NCBI GenBank assembly: GCA_038087875.1
Contig: CM075988.1
Location: 27,778,001 to 27,842,000, forward strand
Direction of reading: 5' to 3'
Length of the DNA: 64,000 nt
Source of the DNA: Malacoraja senta
Lineage: Eukaryota
Shown one piece after another: positions 25,950 through 37,424 of this stretch. Numbering within the stretch: position 1 is the first letter of the stretch; each line of letters opens with the position of its first letter. The position numbers were made by a program, and so were the translations under genes. The notes under the pieces are model-generated. The model had not been told where the DNA came from. It saw nothing but the letters and a program-made list of their open reading frames with translations, and did not search any database.

Positions 25950-26910
25950 TTATAGCATGGATAAGAAGGAACCTGAAGATGTAGTGTATTCAATTTTATA
26001 GAGCATCTATAAGATGCTATATAAGATCTATATCAAAACTTACTGTACAAGGCGAGCTCATGAAGTTGGAGATAATAAATAACACGGATAGAGGATTCGC
26101 CGACTAACAGAAATCAGAGGTGGGATGAATGGATTAATTTCTGTTTGGCAAACTGTAACATTGTAGCATCCCAGAGAGATATTGTGGCATCACTTATTTA
26201 CAAACTAGATTAATTACATAATGAAGGAATTGAGTGTCTTGAAGTCAAATGTCTTGATGATACAAATGAATGATACAAATGAGAAAGCAAGTTGCTTGGA
26301 GGACAAAATCTGCAAAGGGATATAGATCAATTATAGTCTACCATAATGTTGGAGACTAAGGTTATCCACTGTGGTGGTTTAGAGGGAGCAAAATGATGGA
26401 ATTCTGTTGTGCAGCGGGATCTGGGTATACATTTATACAAAACTTGGATATTTAACATGCAGCTGAAACAGGTAGTTATAAAAATAAATGGGATGTTGGC
26501 TCTTTTGGCAGCAGGGCATTGAATGCAAAAGCATTGCTACAGGGTGTTAGACAGATACTATTTACAGTTTTGGTCTTATTTAGTTTAAAGAGCGAGTTTA
26601 GAGAAGGTTCACTGATTTGATTTGTAGGAAGAGGAGTTTGTATTATGAGGATTTATTGAGCAGATTTGACACTCTTCATAGAAGTTTAGAAGAATAATAT
26701 GCAATCTTACGCACACTTAAGGTTCTGAAGCGGATTGAGATGATGTTTCCCCATTGTAGAATCTAGAAATAGAAGGCCTGTTTCAGACTACGGAATCACC
26801 ATTTTAGATGAAGATAAGGAAGAATTTATTTTCTCAGTGTTATGAATCTGTGGAATGCTCAACCCTAGAGAGTTGTGGAGCTCTAACATCAAGAAGCATT
26901 TAAAGTTAGT
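25950..26910 (+). mobile_element. Old degenerate CR1 LINE
   Basis: Eroded RT and C-terminal sequence (gatgtagtgtatt, gatgatacaaa, cagcgggatctgggt, gttatgaatctgtggaatgctc). Confidence 0.7.
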
Positions 26911-28109
26911 TCACTTGAATATTTCCAAACAAAATATTTAGAATAAAAATGTGTCACTTGATTCGAGTCCTTTCTGTGTTGGACAGGTGCAAAGTGGCAA
27001 TCTGACACTCCTGCCCCTGGATAATCCATACAGGAAGCTTGGAACTGATAGTTCCAGTTTTGAGCAGCTGTTGAATATTTTGGCAGGGGGTAGCTACGTT
27101 GACTGCTGTGGGTACAGCAGATGGTTCAGTAAAGGATGCTCTACAAATATTGGTGTGCAACTTACATCAGGAGCAAAATGTTTATAGCTTAGTTGTTTTA
27201 ATCAGTTACCAAAAATGAGAAGTGCATGACCGCCATGGTTAGCTGAAATATAGATTTTTTTTGGAGATGGATTTAATTTGCATCTGAGTCACATTGTGTA
27301 CGATTGAACCTGTGGCATTGGAAATATCTGAGAAGAGAATGGACTGTAATAGACACAAAGACGATACAGGAATGATTGTCAATTTATCACATAGCAAATA
27401 AAACCACAAGAGATTAAGTAACATGATCTTCACAAATTCTTTTTAAATTGTTTTAGTTATAAGAGAATGCATTTTCTTTGATAGTTTTTTCTCTGACAAA
27501 CTGTAATTGCCATTTGATTATTTACTCAAGTGTCCAAGGGTTTTGCCCATGATAATTTGCTCTAATGGGATACGGGAACAGCATCATTTACATTCTCTTT
27601 TCCACATCCTTGAACCTGGAATCAAGGTATTTAGAAACTAGGTATTTATTTCCATTTGAATAACAGTGAAAATAATTGGGTTGCCAAATTCTTTATTACC
27701 TCCTCCACAGGTATGTATTTTTGATGTATCCAGCTTTAAGCAAAACAGATGATTGTGTGTCTTATGTTTTACCTGAGTTTATCTTGCATTTGGTACTCAC
27801 TGCATATAAATGATTCCTCCAAAGAATGGTCTGGTATATTGATGCTACAAAAATTATCAATAGTTGCAATTTCAATTTGTATAATTTCATGGAGCAGGAA
27901 TGCCAATACATTTATTCAGGGTAAGCCATTGCTATGCAGTGGTTGCCTTCTTCCTCAGTTGCATAGAAACTAGAATGGTTCCTGCAGATTGAAGGGTAAC
28001 AAATGTAAATCCATGCTTAAGAAAAGAGGGCGAAAGAAGCTAGGAAGTGCAGACCATCTGACCAGGTAGCATTAATGGGGAAATTGCAAGAAAATGTTCA
28101 CAGGGCAAT

Positions 28110-28832
28110 AAGTGAGTTTGGTATTCCGACTGCGCATGCCCAGGTCATAGGTCACTCGCCATAAACATTGTTGGTAGCTGAGCAGATGAACCTTTGTTTC
28201 ATCTGTATTTTCCAGCTTTGATTCTTCTAGGTAAGAAAATACTGCTTTTAAACTATGAATTAGTTGTATTTATTGTTCCTTTGTACAAAGCAACGATGAT
28301 TTTGTCATTTTTATTGCTTTATGCTTCGGTGAGTGAGCAAGATCGTGCTGCATGGGGTCGGAATCCGTGGTCGGGGTTGGGCCCGTGCCTCTGGCGCAGC
28401 GGGCGCTGTTGAGTTGTTGCTGGGCCGTCCCCGTCCCCTCTCGGGTGTCCCATCCCTGTCCGGGGGCAGCCGGAGGTGTCTGGGGTGGCCCTGGCCACCT
28501 CGGGGGGAGGGGGGGGGGGGAGGGAGGAGGTCTAATGGCGGTTCGGCAGTGCTTGCTGCACCGGGGACATGGGTTAGACCCTGGCTGTGGATGAGGCACG
28601 GGTCTGTGTCCCACTCTACCCTGTCTCCCACTCGCATCTGCCCCCTCTCGCTGTTACATCCTGCTCTCCTGCTACCTAGCACCCCGTTCCTCAGATTAAA
28701 TATATTTTTACACATAAATTATGAATAAAGAAAAGAATGTACAGCCAGCGCTTCGTTCACTTTTTCTTTATGGCGAATGACCTTTGACAAATCCCATGAT
28801 TTCTTGCGTTTTTCAGAATACCGAACTCGCTT
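28110..28832 (+). mobile_element. Non-autonomous TIR DNA transposon (ISL2EU-like, AT TSD), 723 bp
   Basis: AT|aagtgagtttggtattccga ... tcagaataccgaactcgctt|AT. Confidence 0.78.
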
Positions 28833-28890
28833 ATTAGAAATTACTGTAGGGTCAACACATTTAAGGAGAGGAAATTATGTTTGAATACCT

Positions 28891-28992
28891 GAAGAATGTC
28901 TGAAGAAGGGTTTCGACCCAAAACTTTGCCTATTTCCTTCACTCCATAGATGCTGCCTCACCCGCTGAGTTTTTCCAGCATTTTTGTCGACC
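28891..28992 (+). mobile_element. Penelope-derived short element with hammerhead-like motif, 11-bp TSD
   Basis: TSD tttgaatacct (28880-28890, 28993-29003); ctgaagaagggtttcgacccaaaac. Confidence 0.8.
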
Positions 28993-29949
28993 TTTGAATA
29001 CCTATTTGTGTTTTTGATGTTGTAATTTGCAAAATCTATAAGGGGAAACCAATGGATGTAGTGTATTTAGACTTTCAGAGGACTAGTGATAAGGTGTTAC
29101 ACAGATGGCTATTAATGAAAATTAGGGCATGTTGAGGTTAAGGTAATATATTGATACAGATTGAAGATTGACAAGCAGAAATAGAATAGAGAGTAAGAGT
29201 AAACAGGTTGCTTATAGATTGAAAATTTAGGGGATGCCACAGTGTTGGCTGCTGGCACCTCAGCTTTTCACAATCCATTTCAATTTTTTTTAATGAACAG
29301 GCCAAAAGTAATATATCTGTATTTATTGATGAAACAAAGCTTGAGTTGCAGAGCGAATTGTGTGGAATGTGCAGAGAGGCTTCAGGAGATATAAACAGGC
29401 TACATGAATGTCTGTGAACATAAATTATTGCAAGTTAATATGCACGTATTGCAAGCAGTTAGGAAGGTGAACAGTATCTTGACTTTGATTGCAAGATTGA
29501 GTAAAAATGTAAAGATGTCTAAGTAATCACAATTATATTGGGCTCTGGTGAGTCTGCACATAAAATATTTTGCACACGCTGGCCCCACAAGCTTAGGATA
29601 TATAATAGTTCCGGCAAGGAAGTGCCAACAAAGAATCACTAGACTGATTCTTGGGATTGGTGGGGGGTGGGTTGCTGGTATCATCCTTTGAGGAGTGTTT
29701 AAGCAACTAGACCAATACACTCATTTAGAGGAACGTTAGGTGATTTCATTCAAACATACACAAAATTCTTACAAGGCTTGACTGGGTAGATGCAAATAAT
29801 AATTTCTCTTGATTGGGATGTTCAGAGCCAGGTATTGCTGTCCTGAAATGGGATGTGGCCATTCGGAACAGTTAACAGGAAATTCCTTCATCTCGTTAGT
29901 GAATCTTTGAAATTCTCTACTCGAGAGGGCTGTAGAGGCTGAGTCTGAG

Positions 29950-30205
29950 TTTGAGTTTAGTTTAAAGATACAGCAGGGAAACAGATCCTACGCTGACAGT
30001 CAATCACCTCTCACACGAGTTCTATGTTATTCCATTCTGCTCCCGATAACTTTCCCGATAAGGGGCAATTTACAGAGACCAATAAATCTACACTCATGTC
30101 TTTGGGATGTAGGTGGAAACTGGAGCACCCGGAGGAAAACCAGACAGTCACAGGGATTTAACCCCTGTGTTTGGCGCTGTGAGGCAGGAGCTCTACTAGC
30201 TATTG
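29950..30205 (-). mobile_element. Degenerate HE1/V-type SINE
   Basis: Similar to 10697-11017 (atgtctttgggatgtaggtggaaactggagcacccggag). Confidence 0.75.
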
Positions 30206-30408
30206 TCATAGACTAATCTCCATAGCAGTCAATAGATTTTTGGATGTTGAAAGGATTTGGGGTTTAGACAGGAAAGTGCACAGAAAGGAAAGGGTCAACC
30301 ATGGCTATAGTGAACACGAGACCAAGCGCAGACCCGTTGAGTCCCGATCCCCCACCGCAATATTCCACCAAACTGCGCATGAGCGGCTGACGGGCATATA
30401 TATTTATT

Positions 30409-30415
<7 letters not shown>

Positions 30416-30439
<24 letters not shown>

Positions 30440-30454
30440 ATATACACACACACG

Positions 30455-30507
<53 letters not shown>
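30416..30507. repeat. (TG)n followed by (CA)n microsatellite
   Basis: Direct reading. Confidence 0.95.
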
Positions 30508-30509
<2 letters not shown>

Positions 30510-32074
30510 CCCCCCCACCCCCAAACTGGGATCCCTGTCACACGGGAGGCCCGGTCCCCCAACGAAATATTCCACCACTCATCCATAGCCCCCTCTGGAG
30601 GGCAAGTCCCCCAACGCAACCCATTCCCAAAGCGCAATATTGCACCACTCACCCGTTCCCCCAACGCAACCTGTTCCCCCAACCCAGTGTAATATTCCAT
30701 CACTTACCCGTTCCCCCAATGCAACCCTTTCCCCCCCAACACAATATTCCACCACTCACCCATAGCCCCCATCAGCGCGGAGGCTGCGGCCTACCTTGCT
30801 CTGGGTGCCGCTTCTCTTCCTCCCCGCGCTCTTCCTACTCGTGGGCCTGGTGCCGCTCCTCGGGCAGGGGCTGTGGGGGGGTGGGGCGGGCCGAGTGGTG
30901 CGGAGCCGGTGGAGGGAGAGGACCGCGGGCCCGGAGCAGCAGTGAAAATGGAAGGGAACTTACCTGTGGCGGCGCTTGAAATGAGGAAAAAAGATGACGG
31001 TCTGAAAGGCTGCGCTGAGGACCCGTGGGGTGTCCTTTTGACACCAATCAAGTAAAGATGGGAGGGGCAGGGAAAGTGGGGGCGCTGTTTTATTTTTTTT
31101 GTTAAAAATGTCAATAACTTGTAAAATATTACATAAATCTGAACAAAACTAGATACACCACAGGACAATTGTAAGGTGGTGCAAAAATTGTAGCGCTATT
31201 TTTTCGGGATCACATGGGCACGCAGGCAGACACGCACACATGCATAGAAACAAACATGAATGAGAGTTTTAGTTTTATATATATATATATATACCCGTTC
31301 AAGTGGGCGGCAAGCGGGAGCGCGACTGCGATGTTTTTTTAAAGTTCAAAATGGCAATAACCTGTAAAATTTAAGATCAATGTGAATGCATCACACTCTC
31401 CTTCTTCAGTCCCCTCTCCCCTCCCTAGCCCCCTCCTCTCCCTCTATCTCCCTGCTCCCCCACTCCTCACCTCCCCCTTATCCCACCCCCACAATGAAAA
31501 TCGCCATTAAAAAAAAAAAACCTCTCCCCTATCCCACCCCCCAAAATGAAAATTGCAATGTTTTTTTAAAATGAAACCTCCCCCCATGTCCACCCCCCAC
31601 AATGAAAATCGCGATGTTTTTTAAAATGAAACCTCCCCCCTATCCCACCCGGCACAATGAAAATCGCGATGTTTTTTTAAAATTGAATTCTCAATTAAAA
31701 TCGCGTTTTTTCTTTAAAATAACCTAAACACAGGCTGTTAATGAAAACGGAAGAATTTGATTTAAACTATTTTTTAAGAATAAAATCAATGTCAATGAAA
31801 ATCGCGATTATTTTTAATGTAAATGAAATCGGGATCCCATTGTACCGTCGAACGCAGCTGACGGGCAGGGCAAGTGGAAAAGTGTTTTTTGTTAAGTTTT
31901 AAATGTCAATAACTTGTAAAATATAGCATCAATCTGTACGAAACTTGGTTAATGCACATCTCAGGACAATGGTGAGTAAGGTGGGCCTAAAATTGTTGCG
32001 CTATCGTTTACCGTTTTGCGGAGTTTCGGGAACAAAGATATGTACAAACAAACAAACAAACAAGATGAGAGTTT

Positions 32075-32162
32075 TAGATAGATAGATAGATAGATAGATA
32101 GTTAGGGTTAGATAGATAGATATATAGATAGATATAGATATATCTAGATAGATAGATAGATA
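32075..32162. repeat. (GATA)n microsatellite
   Basis: Direct reading; sits at a Helitron 5' end. Confidence 0.95.
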
Positions 32163-34726
32163 TTACACTAAAAATAGGAGCCGTTGATGAACAGGCATAT
32201 ACAAGTACAGGGAGGTCAAAATTGTGTCTTATCAAAGTGGTAAAACAAATGTTGCTAATAAAAGGAACAAAAAGAACAATTAACTTCAGAAAAAGATTAA
32301 ACACAATTTGATGCAGAGGCTTTAAAAAGATCTCGGCTTTAAAAAATATCTGATTTTCGAACAATTTTAATAAAAAAACTCAAGAAATAATTAATCAAAT
32401 TTTCAGATGAGGCTATTTTTGAAAATGAGGTAAATCTCTCGGAATATGTAAACATTTCACAGTTAGCGCGTCGTGTTTTCGAGGAGATGTGAATCACAGA
32501 CAAACAAGACACACACAAATAAATACATCCACATCCAAGATCAGAGTTTTATAATAATAATAGAGATAAGATAAATATAATTAAAAAGTGTAAAATAGAG
32601 AAATAAGGAATGAGATAGAAGTATATGGTACAACTGAAGAAATAAGGATTCCAATTAATTGCTTTTGGTGTCACTAATAAGGCTATAAAAGACAATTATA
32701 ATTGTGGCAAAGGCCCAAAGAATATTATAACGGTTAAGATATGAATTAAAAAGAAGATATAGAAATGTAATTTGAAGGCCAGTGTGCATTCACATGGACT
32801 GAGTTGTTCAGTTAGGGAACAACTTTAATATTTTTATCAAAAATAACTTTTTTTTAAAGCAATGATGCCGTAGAACTGTTAAATATTTTCATATTTTCAG
32901 GATATGGGATAAATTAATTCATGAACCTTTAAAATAATTTTGTTAATGAGAAGTCTTTTGTAAGAATATGTAAGATGAATTTGGAACTGTTGATGAATAT
33001 TGGCATTTGTCAATGCTCCCTTTTCAAATGTTTACATTGTGTCCACAGACACTTGACACAGAGGTAAGAGGGCAACTATTTGTTACCATAGTGTACACTC
33101 ATTCAGATACTATGGAGGATAGATAAGAAGAAAATCAACAAATGGGACTGAAGAATAAACTAACATCACAACATAGGTGGTGGCCATTTGCCAGGTCCCA
33201 GCTGAGCAATCCTATCGGTTCCATTCCCCCTCACCTTGTTTTCTTTGGGGCTGTGACTTTTTCACATTTTCATCACCTCTCCTTTTTCCAAGACTGCCAG
33301 CAATGTATTTGAGGAGGGAAGGCAACTTCAAACTTCATTCCTTAACGGGCTGAAAGACAGAGTAGATGGTGAAGGCTGTATCTGCTGTGTTTGTGTGGAT
33401 TTCAGAAGATGTTTGTTATAGTTACATAAAACAGGATTTTGGGGCAGAGGTTGGCGACACTCTCAGCAGAGGAGCACACATCCTATCTGTTAACTGAGTT
33501 ACCAGTAGGCTTCAAAAAGGAATAATATAAATTTTAATGAAAAAATGAAAACCACAGAGCCATATGTCTTTGTGTTTGTTTTCCATTGTTCATAACAAGT
33601 CTGTAAGGATGAATTTTATTCTGTGTCTCAAATGTATGGGTAGTGATTTGTGCATTCTAAGGGCACATCAATGGGAATATTCTGCATATTGTCTTGAGGA
33701 AGATCTATAAATCCAAAGAGGTATTTTCTTGAACATACAAGTATCATAATTAAAGCAATTATATATTTTCATTTACTTTGAAATAATCGTTTTTCTGGAA
33801 AACTTAATCTTGTTTAACGAAAGTGAGCTTGTTGAAAAATGTTTCCGTATTCTCCTCTACCCTTCTCTCACCATCCATGGAAACACATATACACACCCAA
33901 ATCAGCAAAAATGCCTTTGATAGTTTTGAATCACAACACTGGTATGCCAGCAAAGAATTGTATTATATTTTCAAAATGTCCAGTTACAGTATGAATATAA
34001 GTTTTGGTAAATTCTATATTTTTCTTGATGACTAATTAGTCACCTAATTCATGTACAGTATATTCAAATGAATGAAGTATATATCTATGCTTCAAGGAAC
34101 ACATTTACCTTGTATGCATTCTGGTTAGAGTCACTAATTTTTTATGTTTCTCTAATTTTGCATGTATTAAAATTACCTTTTGTAAAGCTGTGATAAATTT
34201 AAACCATGATGTGACTGATATTCTAATGCTGACGTGTGACTTGGTGTTTAGTGATTTTTTATCACTTCACTACTGTTCAAATAAAGTGTTATCCCCATTG
34301 TGATTTTGATTGGTTTTTAACTTTTGTTTACAGTAACTGCACTGAAAAGGTATGGGTCAGTAGTCGACCAGCCTGCCAATAACTTGCTGCTGAAAGTTTA
34401 TCCATTCAGCAGGCCTAAAGGACAGCAAAGAAGTACCAGCTATTATTACAATTTCATGAACAACTAGAAAGACTACTTCCTTCAAAATCTTAAATTCAAT
34501 TTATATGAAATGTTTGACTGCCCTATTTAATCTAAAAAGAACATCACAGATAAATAAATTGAAGAGGTTCTGGATCTAACCCCATGATTCATTGATTTCC
34601 TATTGATTTCATGGTGACACTTGCCAGTTTATGGTGTGTGACTTTGGTGCACATTCAATTTTGTATATGACCATTTTTAGAGCTATGTTTAACAGCACAT
34701 AAAGGAATCTTGCTGAAAGCATAGAA

Positions 34727-35067
34727 ATGACAGATATGCTGCATCTTCCTGCTGTACAAATTTCATCTTCAGCCAATGGCAGTGTGGCCTGGTCAAGATC
34801 TTCAACACCAACACTTCGTAGAAAACGTTTCAAAATGAAACGCTGGAAGAATGTTCAGAGTGAGAAAGAACAAATGGTGAACAATATTTACTGTGGCTCC
34901 ATAATCAAAGAGTATCTTCAGCTTCCTTCTATTGAAATTACTCCATCCAGTGATGAGGATACTCCATGGTCAAATTGTTCAACACCAAGTGCTTCTCCAC
35001 GCCGAAAACGTTTCTTATTGAAGAAATGGTTGAAAGTTCGTGAGAAGAGAGACGCAAGTGAAACCAG
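34727..35067 (+). CDS. GRAMD1B: First coding exon of the long isoform of GRAM domain-containing protein 1B (Aster-B), disordered N-terminal extension; phase-2 exon
   Basis: Translation contains SSTPTLRRKRFKM and LQLPSIEITPSSDEDTPWSNCSTPSASPRRKRFLLKKWLKVRE, which I recognise as near-identical to the N-terminus of vertebrate GRAMD1B long isoforms. ATG has a purine at -3 and an in-frame upstream TAA. The ORF ends at donor CAG|GTAGGT (35068) after 113 codons + 2 nt. No downstream exon was recognised in the window. Confidence 0.88.
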
Positions 35068-36522
35068 GTAGGTATTGAACATAGAACTGTGGATTGAACA
35101 AGTGAAGTGCTGTAAAACAGAAGTCTCTTACACATATAAATAGCGACCGTAAACTATCTCTTTTCTAAACCATATTATTCCTGGAATATACAAACTGTTT
35201 GCTAAATATATTTTTATCTATATAAAAATAAATGGTACGACAGAAACTTCATTTCACAGGATCCTGTGATGACGTCTCCAGAGTGAAACTGCGTCTGCCC
35301 TTAAAGTATGACATTCATGTAAGGTTGCCAATCTAGTTTCTGATGGAGTATTGTTAATCATTTCACTGCCACCGTATTTACATATAGTTGTAACTAAAAA
35401 ATACAAATAATGTCTTTGGTTTCTGGCATTGTAATGAATCACAGCTCTCCAGAAATCAATTGATGAGTTTTCTTGATAATCTTGACAATTGTTTCTTATG
35501 ATGTAGAACCCAAAATGTAGGAGTAACTCGGTAGATCAGACAGCATCTCTGGAGGACATGGATAAGTGATGCTCCAAGTCAGGACCCTGTATATGTGGTT
35601 TTGGAATGCTTGTGTCTTTTACAGCTTATTGGGGAGTAAAAATAACAGATCAATAGCAAAACTATATATGTACAGTTGATGCACACCTCCAAATTTACTT
35701 CCATATATCATGATAGATTATCTCGTCCTCACTGCTAAGAGTTACAGTATATATCTGGGACATTTTCAGGGAATGGAAGGAATGGCTGGAAATGTGCAAA
35801 TAGGATCATGTTTAACACAAAAGTAATTACAATGAAAAATCATATTTCATATTTTATTTTCAAGCAGTATATACCCTGTACATTTAGCAGTTATTTAAAT
35901 ATTCTTTCAGATTTGTAATAACCTTTAGAATAGACCCGGATCATCATCTATTCCTTTTCTCCAAAGATGCCGTCTGACCCGCTGAGTTACTCCAACTTTT
36001 TGTGTCTATCTTAGGGAATATTGATTTTATTTTGGAAATCTGATATTTAGAAAGTTAGAATCAGAGCTTGGCATTTGAATGTTAGAATTTTGATTTAAGG
36101 TATCCAGCAAAAACGATTGTTAAGTTGAAAGCATACTCATTAGAGGCTCAACATATTATACGAAGGCTAATGCAGCCATTTGTTTTTACCTTTAGCAAGC
36201 TGGAATATAAAAGAAAGGAGATGTTACTTTATTAGAGCAAGGCCTTAGTCTCACCCCATCTCTAATATATTACAGTAATGTCAAAAGGTGGAGTGGCTTG
36301 GAGCGTGGGTGTCAGGGCTGGGTTTGTAGCTCCAATGCAGATTTACCCTTTTCAGTCTCTCTTTATAACTCAGTCCTCCAGCCTCAGTAATATCCTTATG
36401 ACTCGTTTCTGCACCTCTTTCAGCTTAATAATATTCTTCCTGTAGCTAGGCAAGAGGAAATGCACAAAATATCCCAAGTGTGGTCTCACCAACTATTCCA
36501 AATCAGTACTTGCCTTAAAACA

Positions 36523-36630
36523 AAGATAGACACAAAATGCTGGAGTAACTCAGCGGGGCAGGCAGCATCTCTGGAGAGAAGGAATGGGTGACATTTCGGG
36601 TTGAGACCCTTCTTCGGACCTTGTCCGCTC
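36523..36630 (-). mobile_element. Penelope-derived short element with hammerhead-like motif, 11-bp TSD
   Basis: TSD gccttaaaaca (36512-36522, 36631-36641). Minus strand ggt-ccgaaga-agggtctcaaccc-gaaatgtc-acc. Confidence 0.8.
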
Positions 36631-37424
36631 GCCTTAAAACATGCAGGTATCCTGCATCTTGGAATCCTCCTCTGTAAACTTTCTCACCATAATGTTAAAC
36701 CCACCAGCAAGGAGTTCCTTGCAATCTTTCTTAAATAAAGGGACAAAATTAGCCACCATCCAGTATTCCGTCTGCTACCTCAACCATGGCTGGCAATTAT
36801 GCAAATATCTCTTCTAGGGCCCCAGTAAATATTTCCCTCCCTACTAGGATGTTATAACTGGTCTTTTAACTGGTTACTGAAGTGACACACATTCAACACA
36901 ATGACTCGTTTCTGCACCTCTTTCAGCTTAATAATATTCTTCCTGTAGCTAGGCAAGAAGAAATGCACAAAATATCCCAAGTGTGAAACAAATATCCCAC
37001 AATGAAACAAATGCTGTTCATCATTTATAGGATGGCCATTATTGCCAACATTGTCAAGATGGACCACTTCCTGAGAATAGATATTTAAAAGTATATCCTG
37101 TAGTTCCATATTTGCATTTTCTCATTTAACGCAAAGAAAGATAGGGTTTGTTAACAACTGGCAGGGAATATAACTTGCAGTCTTGATAAAACACATTTTG
37201 TTTTCAAGAGGATTCAAGAATCTGTTCTATTTTGACTAAAATTTTGAAAGTTTTAATTTCATGCATTTTCAAGCATTTCAGAACAGATCAGAATTCTGCC
37301 TTTCATGTAAACAGTAATATTTGCTCAGTTATGGAGCTTTTACATGTGTAAGAAAAGTCGAAGTTGGAGCTGCAGTGGAACTTCATTCAATCCAATAATG
37401 CCCATTATTAATGGGAAGAGTGAA

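Larger units (their letters stand above)
27970..30310 (+). mobile_element. Old degenerate CR1 LINE with nested inserts
   Basis: Eroded ORF2 (ccaatggatgtagtgtatttagactttcag, gatgaaacaaagc, ttcactagactgattc) and 3' tail. Confidence 0.7.
30316..32568 (-). mobile_element. Array of non-autonomous Helitron-like elements separated by microsatellites
   Basis: Repeated 5'-end signature (+ strand gagagttttag / cagagttttataa...gat) at ~31275, ~32075, ~32565. Decayed 3' hairpin/CTAG end at 30316. Internal blocks shared with 54321-56590. Confidence 0.72.
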
